This document shows, in pieces, positions 18,133-28,656 of a stretch of 64,000 nt of DNA (its first letter is position 1; the number at the start of each line of letters is the position of its first letter). The stretch lies in contig JAUCBJ010001188.1 in assembly GCA_032718475.1 (NCBI GenBank), positions 12,912-76,911 of the forward strand, in the 5' to 3' direction. A program made the position numbers and the translations under genes. The notes under the pieces are model-generated. The model searched no databases and had not been told where the DNA came from. It saw only the letters and a list, made by a program, of their open reading frames with translations. This DNA comes from Nemertoderma westbladi. Lineage: Eukaryota; Animalia; Xenacoelomorpha.

Positions 18133-20051
18133 TATAGAATTATATTCCCTAAATGCCGTGGATTTTCAAAATTTTATTTTATTCGAATTAACTTTGTAAA
18201 GATTACTTTGAGTTCTCATTAGTATTGGTTCTATCTATTATGCATCTATCGGTCAAGTGGTTCAGTAGCTCAGTTGGTAGAGCGTTGGAAATTATAAGTG
18301 TAGTAGGTATCGAGTTCGAATCCTAGTAAGTGCGAATTATTTTTTGTGCAGAATTTCAACTCATTTAAATTAACCGCTACAAATTAATTGCATTTGTCTG
18401 TACCAATAAGGCTGTAGTTATTTGATTGTAACCAATGTCGTGCAAGTTATATATTAGCTGGACCAATAAGCTATCTTTAAAACCTCGTTAGAACCCATAG
18501 AACAATCGAGAATTTTCTCGATTGATTGCAGCACAAATTTAGTATATAAAGGTGCGATTTGTTCATTAGTTATCTATCTCAATCTCGATCACTGCAATTT
18601 CCATCATTCGCTTTCTGTCTTATTTCAGATTACATTGTTTATTGTATAATAGTTATTATATGTTTTGTAATAAAGTCAGAATATTCTCTCAGCCTTTCTA
18701 TCTGTTTTAATATGGTTTCACTACGGTGAACAAACTCAGGGACAGGATGGCCAGCTAGAGATCGGGCCGCAGCAATGAACGGGAACATCACGGGAATGTA
18801 GACGAGAGACAACCCGCAATACCATTTAGAGTTATTCGCCCATCGCCTGAAAGGTTAGACAGCGTTCGATCCTTGCTACCTAAGTATAAGACCAAAAGAT
18901 CAAAGGTAGACGTAGTGACACGCTGTAAGCCCAAAATTACATCATAGGGACTGTACTGTCTTGATTCAGGAAAAACCGCAGTAGACCTTCATATTCCTAC
19001 GGGGGGGGAGAGAGAGAGAGAGCAGATACTAGTACGCAGATAGGACGTAGGCACACCGGTACAAGGCATACACATTGGTTAGGGTGCAGCAAACTGTACG
19101 CTTAACTCTTGCTAAGTACAGGTGTGTGTGCGACTATTTGCAGTACGACCGTGTCTATTACATCAGAACTTGTAGGCTAGGGGGTTGCTGTGTTTTCACC
19201 TGAATTGGGATTGTACCGTTCAGGCGGTAGGGCAGTTTACGCTAGGCGCAAATAAATTGAGGCTATCAGGGATATACTAACATCTACCGTGTCCCCGCCA
19301 ACGCCCTAATAGGAAGTTACCTGGACTACCTGGGTGACTAAAATTCTAGATAAGAGCCAGGATAGCTATTAGTACCCGTACGCCTACCGTAGTAAACTAA
19401 CACATCTCTTCTTAGTATCAGGGACCTGGTACCTAAAATTGCCGAATTCTGGGCGTAGTATTAACCTTATGCCTGAATTTGAGTCCTGGAGATACGCAAG
19501 AGGGGAAGGAACCTTATCATTCGTGAGTATTGGACCTACAAGTTATAAAATTAGAATATTCGTAAATGCACACCGTACCCAGTAATTATATATGTGAAGG
19601 AGCAAAACTGCTTTGACCGTTCAGAATTAACACACGCGCGTTAGAAATTATTTACACCTCGAAATATATAAAATTAACTTTCGTCCTTACTGCACTTTGC
19701 TCGCTAGTTAGACATCTCCAAATCTGCTCTATACCTAGCTAGCGTCCCTTTGCCCAACCATATAAATCACACCGCGGCAAAGTATACGAGCCTCTTAGTC
19801 CGTCAGTGAGTCAGCCTGATTTTAGGATTCGCTGCGCGGGATTTGTTTTATCGAAGTTTGTCTGCTCGTAGACTGTTTTCTGCCTCACCGGTTAAAAGAG
19901 ATCGATACTGCAATATATTCGCTTACTTGGGGTTTACTGTTTTGGTGAGAAGGTCGGATTTATGATTTGATTTACAAACTTTACAGTAGGATATTGCAGG
20001 TATTGTTACCGTCTCTTCCGATAGTAGGAATAGGCGTATCTCTCCAATTTA
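18133..20051 (+). repeat. 3' LTR (1919 bp)
   Basis: Direct repeat of 5430-7352, followed by TSD ACGGC. Confidence 0.93.
18259..18345 (+). ncRNA. tRNA-derived Pol III unit, 3' LTR copy
   Basis: Same A box, B box and T-run as 5556-5642. Confidence 0.65.
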
Positions 20052-20056
20052 ACGGC

Positions 20057-20328
20057 TCATTATAAATACTGCATTAAATGTTCTAAAAGGTAACGTATAA
20101 TTGACCCCTCATTCATTTAGAAATATTCGCCGCTATAAAAAGGTATTGAAATCACTCAACCGCAAAACAAAAAATATATCAAGTTACAGAAAAAAGTTAA
20201 GCAATCAATCTGGAGGCATACTACCGTTTCTAATACCCTTACTCGGCATTGGTGCGAAACTCGCCGCGAGTGCTGGTGCCGCCGCCGCTGGAGCGGTTAT
20301 TGCGAAAAAAATTAACCGCGGACGGTAA
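20057..20328 (+). pseudogene. 3' part of the split Polinton basic virion protein gene (adenain-site QSGG followed by a hydrophobic peptide)
   Basis: Reads LIINTALNVLKGNV*LTPHSF...KKLSNQSGGILPFLIPLLGIG, with an internal TAA at 20098-20100. Confidence 0.8.
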
Positions 20329-20330
20329 TA

Positions 20331-20564
20331 ATGGTTAAAACGGGTGTAACATTTAGAAAATTATATTTAGTATCGAGTAAACCGTTAGCTACTGATTTAA
20401 AACCTCAAGATATACCTAGAGTAAATACTACAAAAAGAAAACCCTTCAAAACATCAACTTCAAAGAAAATAAAAAATTTCAGCTGTTTTTACGGTGATGC
20501 CCTTTATAAGAGATTTGAATATACATATTACTTGCGGTTGTCGAAAAGATGCCACGCAAGATGA
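20331..20564 (+). CDS. Small basic Polinton ORF of unknown function
   Basis: Starts with TAATAATG right after the preceding stop, is Lys-rich and may be frameshifted. Confidence 0.35.
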   Translation: MVKTGVTFRKLYLVSSKPLATDLKPQDIPRVNTTKRKPFKTSTSKKIKNFSCFYGDALYKRFEYTYYLRLSKRCHAR

Positions 20565-21641
20565 GACCGATTTTAAGCCGAAGCTTAGACAAAAAACTGT
20601 TAAGAATTTATTTAGATCCTTCATCCCCTGCGGGTTTTGCAAGTATCACAAAATTAGCAAAAGCCGCAAACATCAAACTAGCTCAAGCTCAGAAATGGTT
20701 AAGCGGGCAAAAGACATACTCCCTTCACGCACCACGTAGACATCGTTATCCAACATCTAAAATATTTACGGGAGGGATAAAAGATATATATATGATAGAT
20801 CTGGTGGATATGCAGCAATATAAATCACAAAATAATAATTATAACTATATATTAACATATATTGATACCTTTAGCCGGCTTGCTTTTGCCTATGGTATGA
20901 AGACAAAAACAGGTATTGAAATTATTAGTATATTGCAAAAAATATTCCAGAAAGGTAAACCAAACAGAATCGCGACTGATCAAGGTTCTGAGTTTCTAAA
21001 TAAATCTGTAAGGAAATATTTAGATACTATTGGTTGGTATACAGTATTACGTAATGTACTCTGTGAATAAGGCAGCTATTGTCGAGAGATTCAATAGAAC
21101 ATTAAAAACAAAGATGTTCAAAATTTTCACGCAATGGGGAAATAATGTTTGGATAAAAATTTTACCGAAGCTTATCTTGGCTTATAATAGGTCATATCAT
21201 AGGACAATACAAATGACGCCCATTGAAGTTATTAAATTTAATGAAACTGAATTAATGAATAGATTATATGGGAAATATAGACAGATTAATCACAAGAAAA
21301 TAAAATTTAAAGTTGGAGATACAGTACGATTATCTATCGCGCGTACTGCTTTTGCTAAAGGCTATCGAGAACAATGGACACGTGAATTATTTATTATTCA
21401 TCGGGTCAGATTGGATAGAGTACCAGCGGTAATGTTCGATATTAAGGACAGCGCAGGTGCTATAATAAATGGGTCATTTTATTCATACGAACTCCAAAAG
21501 GTCCACCCGAATAGTAATATTTATCTTCCGATTGACAAAAATATTGGCAAACTTAAAGAACGTGTGCGCAATGGGAAAAAAGAATATTTAGTCCGATTCA
21601 TTGGATCCAAGAAACAGTCGTGGGTACAGCATATTCAATAA
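20549..21641 (+). pseudogene. Polinton retroviral-like (c-)integrase, frameshifted near 21030
   Basis: IYLDPSSPAGF, YMIDLVDM, IATDQGSEF and, in the next frame, KAAIVERFNRTLK, with a C-terminal chromodomain-like EYLVRFIG..SWV. Confidence 0.93.
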
Positions 21642-21672
21642 GTTTAGGTTTATACTGTATATTAATTCATTT

Positions 21673-22100
21673 TGGTCACATATGACCGTAATTAATCAAT
21701 ATTAACTCAAATGATATTACTATACTATACTGTAAGTCTAATATCTATAGTTCATTCGCTTTAAATAAAGCCAGTAAAATATTGATCCCTCACATATACT
21801 GTAGAAGCGGCAACGAACGTGGTCACAGATGTCTATAATTTAACATTATACCATACTGTATGTACAAAGGAGTCAAGTAGAGAGAGCTTAAGCGAATAAT
21901 GGTCACATATGATCGTAATTAATCAATATTAACTCGAATGATATTACTATACTGTAAGTCTAATATCTATAGTTCATTCGCTTTAAATATTGATCTCTCG
22001 CATATACTGTAGAAACAATGAACGTGGTCACAGATGTCTATAGTTATGTCTACATTATACAGTACAGTATGTACAATGGAGTCAAGCAGAGAGAGCTTAA
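21673..22100 (+). repeat. Imperfect tandem duplication (period about 227 bp) upstream of the capsid gene block
   Basis: tggtcacatatga(c/t)cgtaattaatcaatattaactc at 21673 and 21900; both copies end agagagagcttaa. Confidence 0.88.
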
Positions 22101-22112
22101 ATAATAATAATA

Positions 22113-22982
22113 ATGGCTGTAGATACATATATCACTCTAGTTTCAGATAGCTCATTAAACACATACCCCAATAATAACCCTAGCGAGTTTACTGTTGATT
22201 TAGCTGAAGAATTATATATTGGTCCAAACGCTAAAATTGGACTCGCCGAGATACAATACCAAGCAACATACAGTAATATTACTCTGCAAACTCAAATCTC
22301 GCTGTCAATCGGGGTAGATGCAAAAGATGTTAAATTATTCAGTTTATTTCCTGGTATGCATAGCTCTATTCAAATCATTATTGATGATATAAATAAACTG
22401 TTTAATTCTGAAGCGAAATATAGAGATTTCGAATTCATTTTTAATGCAAATAATTCTAGAATTAAATTTAAATTTCCTAAAAAGTTGAAAAAAATACAAT
22501 TAAGTCTACGTGGTGATTTAATTCAAATTCTAGGCTTAAAACAGTTATTGGATCAGAATCATCCAGGTATTCCGAATTGGGATATATACAGTACCACTAC
22601 AGTGGATGAATTAAGCAATATAGATATAGCGATATTAATTTTAAATTATAGTGGACCAAAAATTTCGGAAATTGGGATTTTAGATTTTCCAAATCCCACA
22701 AATATTACTCGTAATAAAGATACAATCTTCATATATACAGATATTATTAAGAGCTCATTTGTTGGTGACGCTTTAGCTCCGCTCTTAAGAACCTGTCCTT
22801 TAACACAATTAAATCGAAAATATATTAATCACGAATACGAGAGCATTTGCTATTACCCATTGTTGAATAAAAAACTAAAAACAATCTTAATTACTTTACG
22901 TGACGGTCAAGGTGAATTAATTAATTTCAACGGTGGTCGCACTGTTATAACACTTAAGTTAATACGTGGTGGTGATGGATGA
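22113..22982 (+). CDS. Polinton minor capsid protein (penton, PX-like) 1
   Basis: YITLVSDSSLNTYPNNNPSEFTVDL, GLAEIQY, IFIYTDII..SFVGD..APLLR and ITLRDGQGELINFNGG. Confidence 0.88.
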   Translation: MAVDTYITLVSDSSLNTYPNNNPSEFTVDLAEELYIGPNAKIGLAEIQYQATYSNITLQTQISLSIGVDAKDVKLFSLFPGMHSSIQIIIDDINKLFNSEAKYRDFEFIFNANNSRIKFKFPKKLKKIQLSLRGDLIQILGLKQLLDQNHPGIPNWDIYSTTTVDELSNIDIAILILNYSGPKISEIGILDFPNPTNITRNKDTIFIYTDIIKSSFVGDALAPLLRTCPLTQLNRKYINHEYESICYYPLLNKKLKTILITLRDGQGELINFNGGRTVITLKLIRGGDG

Positions 22983-23820
22983 GTTCTATGTTAGGCTACC
23001 AAGTAACTCCTGTCCAATTGATTTTCCTCGTAATACCGGTAGTAATTATCAGATCAATTTCCATGGTGCCTTACCTATAAATCCAAACGAAAACTGGGTG
23101 GTAGGTATAAAAAGTATATTTTACTTAGCCACGTTACCGTCCATGTATAACAATGTAGAGAATGTTATTTTATTAAAAAAAGGGAAAAAAAATTTTGAGG
23201 ATACACTTCCATCCGTCTTGTTCTACAGTATCAATGACATTATAGATTATTTTAACACTGGGGCGTTGAAAGATAAATTACAAATAGTTGAAAATACTCA
23301 GCAAAATAGGTTGCAATTTATTTTAGGGAAAACTGTACGAGAGTTATTTATAGGTCAACAATTAGCCTATTATTTTGGAATTACTGAAAATAATCTCAGT
23401 GCGAATTTAAATCCAAATTTTAAAAATATTTTGAAGACGAAAAATAATATAAAGGGTTATTTAATAAAAATTATCGGAAATGAAGAAAAAGCTTACCAGA
23501 TGGTATTTTTATGTCCTCAACCACCCAATTCTATTCCAGAACCTAAGTCGAACATGTACGTGACTACTAATATAATTGAAAATGAATATATTAATGATTT
23601 TGGTTTAGCTTTACTTCGTCGCGTGGCGATACCTGATGACGTGAAATATGGTAGTGTAATAAATAAAGAATTTGCCAAGGATACAATTCATTATATCCCT
23701 GTAAAAAAATCATATAAGATAACATACATTCATATTGAAATAACAGACAAAGAAGGAAAAGATTTGAATTTTGAATACGGGACAACATCTATTACCTTAC
23801 ACTTTAAAAAAATAAATTAA
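22966..23820 (+). CDS. Polinton minor capsid protein (penton, PX-like) 2
   Basis: FYVRLPSNSCPIDFPRNTGSNY, WVVGIKSI, MYVTTNII...LLRRV and HYIPV..IEITDKEGKDLNFEYGTTSITLHFKK. Confidence 0.88.
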   Translation: MVVMDEFYVRLPSNSCPIDFPRNTGSNYQINFHGALPINPNENWVVGIKSIFYLATLPSMYNNVENVILLKKGKKNFEDTLPSVLFYSINDIIDYFNTGALKDKLQIVENTQQNRLQFILGKTVRELFIGQQLAYYFGITENNLSANLNPNFKNILKTKNNIKGYLIKIIGNEEKAYQMVFLCPQPPNSIPEPKSNMYVTTNIIENEYINDFGLALLRRVAIPDDVKYGSVINKEFAKDTIHYIPVKKSYKITYIHIEITDKEGKDLNFEYGTTSITLHFKKIN

Positions 23821-23821
23821 A

Positions 23822-24384
23822 ATGGATTCCGATTTATTTCAAAGATACAGTAAACCTCAATATGGTGGTGCAGACTCTAATCTTGCTGTTTTTAAAGGTG
23901 GTAGAAGTACGAGAGGTTCGACGCAAGTTCCTGTTTTTCGAGGTGGTTCATATATTGACCCTTACGGTCAACAAATTGGTGCATTTGGTCCAAATTTAAA
24001 ACAATGTCGATTTCAACGTTATCGTAGAGGTATGATGCGAACAAATCAACACGGGGAAGGTATATTTACTGACGCTTTATCTACATTGAAAAAATTTGGG
24101 AAGCCATTAGCTAAAAAATTTTACAAAAAGCTTTACCATTTCCTACAAAATTTATGAGACAAAATGTAATACCAAAAGGTAAGCGGGTCTTACATCAACA
24201 GGCTAATACGGTTATTAATAAAGCATTAAATAAAATGAAACCATCAACAAGATCGGATGTAGAAAAAGTTTATAGAGATTTAAAGCGACCAACTAGACCA
24301 ATGTCTATGAACATACATCATCGTCGTAGTAAAAATAGAAAAATTAAAGGCAAACTGAAACACTGCGAAAAAAGTATTTTTTAA
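23822..24384 (+). CDS. Polinton core or membrane-lytic precursor protein, probably one gene broken by a frameshift near 24120-24150
   Basis: Several adenain-type sites (QYGG, FKGG, FRGG, QHGEG) followed by the amphipathic IFTDALSTLKKFGKPLAKK and an Arg/Lys-rich C-terminus ending in IF. Confidence 0.65.
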
Positions 24385-24386
24385 TA

Positions 24387-25646
24387 ATGTCAATTATTAA
24401 GGAATTCGATTTATTTTCTACACAACCAATACAGACTGAATTTAAAGCAAAACATTATGAAACAATTTACCCCGTATCTAATCTCAGAAGCGAGTCTAGG
24501 GAAGTCACGTTCCTTGTACCAAGATCCAATGAATTCTATACGAAACTGCAAGATGCGTTATTAATTACAAAATGTACTGTACGGTGGGATAGACGACTTG
24601 AAAACTCCCATATTTATATGTTGAATTACCCTTCTGGGACTATGTGGAGTGATATTAAAATAGACCTTAATGATAAGCAGGTTGAAAATAGCAATAACCA
24701 TTATTTCTACAAGTCGTACTTATCCAATTTACTATTTACAACATACGAAACTAAAAATGGGCTACTGGGGGCAGGCGGCTTTCGTCAGCATTTATCCGAA
24801 CACGGAAATGAAATTAATCCCGGCGCGCATCCTATTGGCGATGCCTTTAGTAAACAAATGCACTTTGTAAGTGGATTGACGATTGATTTTGATACTGAAA
24901 GTAAAATAATACAACCCGGGTATGATTTAAGAATGCATTTTAGAAAAGTATCAAATTAGTTTATTTTTAAAATCACTCCAAACGCAAACGCTGTGACAAA
25001 TCTTCGGCTAGAATTAGATGAAGTAAAGATCCTAATCCCTAGAATGGAGGTTAATCCCGTAATAGAAAGCAGTCACCTAAAAGGTTTAGAGAGTTACGAT
25101 ATTGAATATCAATTTCAAAAAAAAGAAGTTACTACATTTACTATTCCCGCTCAAACCACAAATTACACCCAAACAAACATATTTGATGTTAAAAAACCCA
25201 AATTAGTTATTATTGGTTTTATAACAAATAATTCATATTCGGGAGAATTAACTAGCAATCCCTTGAAATTTGAACATTTTAACCTTAGACGCACGGAACT
25301 GATTGTAGACGGTCTTCCAGTAGGTGGTGTAATATACGAGCCTAATTTTACAGATGGAACATACATTTTTGAGTATACACAATTAATGAAGAACATTAAT
25401 ACATATATTAACGGTTATGGAGGTAATAATATAGACCATGAAACTTACTTAGGTAATTGTCCACTCATTTCCTGGGACATAACCACCGACGGCTATGTTA
25501 GAGATCCTCAACCATCAATATATACTAATGGACAATTAAAATTAAGATTTGCCGAACCGTTGGTTGAGACCATAAATGTTATCGTTTTTAATATTTATGA
25601 TCAATCATTAAGTTTAAATAGCAGGAAAGAAATACATATCGATTAA
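24387..25646 (+). pseudogene. Polinton major capsid protein (double jelly-roll, PY/hexon-like) with one premature stop
   Basis: EFDLFSTQPIQTE...IYPVSN at the N-terminus; PKLVIIGF...NPLKFEHFNL and LKLRFAEPL..INVIV at the C-terminus. The two ORFs are in the same frame, separated by TAG 24957-24959. Confidence 0.88.
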
Positions 25647-25648
25647 GT

Positions 25649-26101
25649 ATGTTATCTACAGAGGACCTTGATATGTTTCCAGTGGGTGGTCACTATTTGG
25701 GGGCGTTTCCATCTAATAAATTACCTAAATTAGATAATAATAAGCGGAGAGACTATGGGTTAATAGTAAATACCGATAAAGAGCATCTGCCAGGTGTTCA
25801 TTGGGTAGCTATATATATACGAGATAATGATGCTGAATTATTTAATTCGTTTGGACCAAAATATCCAAACAGATGTATCGAAAAATGGCTTGAGAAAAAT
25901 ACAGCAAGGTGGTGTACTACCCGCAAACAATTTCAAGACCCTAGAAGGACCACATGTGGGTTATACTGTCTTTATTACTTGGTAAATCGAATTCACACAA
26001 ACTATCCAATGAGAGCGTTTACAAATAATGTGGAAATAAATGAAATAATATTATATAAATGGCTTGTTAATTATTATAAAATAAACCAACAAACGTTGTA
26101 A
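25649..26101 (+). CDS. Adenain-like cysteine protease
   Basis: IVNTD...PGVHWVAIY, FNSFG and QFQ...TCGLYC. Confidence 0.93.
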   Translation: MLSTEDLDMFPVGGHYLGAFPSNKLPKLDNNKRRDYGLIVNTDKEHLPGVHWVAIYIRDNDAELFNSFGPKYPNRCIEKWLEKNTARWCTTRKQFQDPRRTTCGLYCLYYLVNRIHTNYPMRAFTNNVEINEIILYKWLVNYYKINQQTL

Positions 26102-26132
26102 TTAATCATTTAACTTTTGTTTATCAGATAAA

Positions 26133-26705
26133 ATGGATAATATTATTTTTGTCGATTTTCAATATTATAAGATAGACAATAAGGAATATCCGGTAGTATT
26201 TAAAGAATTTGCTATATTCGATTCTAAATACAGTAAAACTAATATAAAGACGTTTTTAATTAAAGGACCTCCTGATATTAACTTATCAGCATTAGATGAA
26301 GCCCACGTAAACAATTTACGCGACATGACTTCACATTTACCTTGGGATTACGGCGACATTTCGCAAGATGACTTTAAAAAGTACATGAAGAGACAATTAA
26401 AAAATAAATATAATATATATGTATTTGGGTTGATGAAAGCCGCAATATTAAATACCCAACTTGATGTTTACGCTCCAAAATCAATGAACAAATTGGGAAT
26501 ATTTCGACTATATTACAATTATTTAACTCCATGCCCCTTCCATGATAAATTAACTACTGTAGAAGATAAATGTAGTTTTCACAAAGATGGTGATAGCTGC
26601 TTGAATTACTGCTCAGCGAAAAGGATTGGAGGGTATGTAACGAAACGATTAACTGAGACAGGTGATAAACTGAAAGAAATAACTGCGGTGAATGATGTAC
26701 AGTAG
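26133..26705 (+). CDS. DEDD/RNase H-fold exonuclease-like protein, possibly inactive
   Basis: IIFVDFQ...VFKEFAI, HLPWDYGDI, IYVFG..K and a C-terminal C..H...CS cluster. Confidence 0.5.
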   Translation: MDNIIFVDFQYYKIDNKEYPVVFKEFAIFDSKYSKTNIKTFLIKGPPDINLSALDEAHVNNLRDMTSHLPWDYGDISQDDFKKYMKRQLKNKYNIYVFGLMKAAILNTQLDVYAPKSMNKLGIFRLYYNYLTPCPFHDKLTTVEDKCSFHKDGDSCLNYCSAKRIGGYVTKRLTETGDKLKEITAVNDVQ

Positions 26706-27083
26706 GTTTACTGTAAGCTTGTAATGTGATGGGATATAATATAATTTTATTTTGGTGATGATCTTGATGTTAATATAAAAATATAATAAAATATAATTTT
26801 TTACAACAAGTTCTCTAAAAAAGAATCAATTGCGCTATTTAAACCATACACATTTAACAATATGATGTAGATGTAACATGTACAGTAAGTATTCTCGACA
26901 TCATTCTAATATAGTTGTACTGGTATTGCGAAACATCCTATACATCGCAAACTAATAACACATACAGTAGTTGACTAGTGATATAACTATAGTAATATTA
27001 ATCAGAAATGCAACATAATCTGTATAGGATGTAGTGTTAACCTGTTGGTACCGGTACTGATAAATTCAATAATTTATTATAGG

Positions 27084-27987
27084 CCTATCCACAACTGTCA
27101 TCCACTTTATCAGTACCGGTAGTGTTTTACTCTTCCAACACTGTAGTCGCAGTCTACTGGTATCAGTACAGCAGTAATCTGATGCAATAGCATACTGCTG
27201 TCATGACCTGGATTGCATGCAGGGGTCTCACATACAGGGATTAGATCACCTACCCAAACAATACAGTACTGCAGTACTGTCACTGTTGTTGTAACAGTAT
27301 AGTCAGATAGAGCATACTGATTTCCTTTGATTAGCATTGTACTGCAGTACCGGTACTATAGTATTAATGTAACAGTACCTGCAGTAACAAACTAAGCCAA
27401 TGTATACAATATCGTGAGCCAGTTACAATCAGATGTGTATGCAGTCAGCCATGCTGCGGGGATGCGGTCAACCTCACAGCTAGCCTCGCAGCTCCTATCT
27501 ACAACTGTCATCCACTTTATCAGTACCTGTAGTGTTTTACTCTTCTAACACTGTAGTCGTGGTCTACTGGTTTCAGTACAGCAGTAATCTGATGCAATAG
27601 CATACTGCTGACATGACCTGGATTGCTCGCGTGGGTCTCACATACAGGGATTAGATCCCCTACCCAAACAATACAGTACTGCAGTACTGTCACTGTTGTT
27701 GTAACACTATAGTCAGATAGAGCATACTGATTTCCTTTGATTAGCATTGTACTGCAGTACCGGTACTACAGTATTAATGTAACAGTACCTGCAGTAACAA
27801 ACTAAACCATTGTATACAATATCGTGAGCCAGTTACAATCAGATGTGCGCGCAGTCAGCCTCGCAGCTGGGATGCGGTCAACCACGCAGCCACCCTCACT
27901 TCCAGCCTCGCAGCCAGCCTCGCAGCCAGCCTCGCAGCCAGCCTCGCAGCCAGCCTCGCAGCCAGCCTCGCAACCAGCCTCGCAGCT
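27084..27987 (+). repeat. 410-bp tandem duplication followed by a 12-bp minisatellite (cagcctcgcagc)n
   Basis: Copies start at 27084 and 27494; about seven 12-mer copies at 27903-27987. Confidence 0.9.
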
Positions 27988-28101
27988 ACTACTGGCTAGG
28001 CACGCAGTCAGCCCGTGAGAGTCATGCTTATTCAAACGAGGTTAGTTTTCCCTAACTACCGATAGATCGATTGAAAAATAATAATGTTTAATTTTCACCT
28101 T

Positions 28102-28656
28102 CTAATTACCAATATATTCTACACCTAAAGTCACAACACCAAACATTAATAAATAATTAACCAGTTTACTAAATATAGGATAATAAATGTGAAATTTGCT
28201 AGGTGAACACATTAAAGTACATTTACCGGTATGAAAGCAGCAAATGACTACGGTATTATTTATTCTTATTTTGCAATTATTAAAAATTTCAGGTTCATAT
28301 ATAACTTGAAGTTGTACATTATCAAAGACAACATAAAACCCGGTATTGTTTATCAATAACCTATAGACTACAGACTTAATACTAAAAATATAAGTACATA
28401 AATTAACAGATTTTAAAATCAAATTAATACTAGTTTTATCAAATATATGCTTTTTTACTTTTTGGAAATTATACTTACTACCTAATAATGTAATACGACC
28501 ATTTTTAAATATTAATAATGTGGCACCAAATATCTTATATATAAACTGATTTGGTTTGAGTATGTGTTTACCAGATAATTGATTTTTTAATTCTTTCAAA
28601 TTAATCGCTGACACTTGCTGGCAACTTACATTCTTATTAACTATCTGATAGTTCAT
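28102..28656 (-). CDS. TATA-binding-protein (TBP)-like protein carried by the Polinton
   Basis: 184 aa with two TBP-like repeats: QIVN...INLKEL...ATLLIFKNGRITLLGSK and YEPEIFNNCKIRI...VICCFHTGKCTL. Compare TBP TALIFSSGKMVCTGAK and YEPELFPGLIYRM..VLLIFVSGKVVLTG. Confidence 0.8.
   Translation of the reverse strand: MNYQIVNKNVSCQQVSAINLKELKNQLSGKHILKPNQFIYKIFGATLLIFKNGRITLLGSKYNFQKVKKHIFDKTSINLILKSVNLCTYIFSIKSVVYRLLINNTGFYVVFDNVQLQVIYEPEIFNNCKIRINNTVVICCFHTGKCTLMCSPSKFHIYYPIFSKLVNYLLMFGVVTLGVEYIGN

Larger units (their letters stand above)
5430..20051 (+). mobile_element. BEL/Pao LTR retrotransposon lacking RT/RNase H, recently inserted
   Basis: Two near-identical ~1.92-kb direct repeats, 5-bp TSD ACGGC (5425-5429 and 20052-20056), and BEL-type Gag with triple Cys-His, protease and integrase. 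Confidence 0.95.

Noticed and set aside
23633-23646. Hammerhead ribozyme core CTGATGA...GAAA
   Set aside because: There are no supporting stems and it lies inside penton coding sequence.
27110-28055. Short ORFs on both strands (75 aa twice, PASQ/EAGC/PRSQ repeats)
   Set aside because: They are by-products of the 410-bp duplication and the 12-bp minisatellite.
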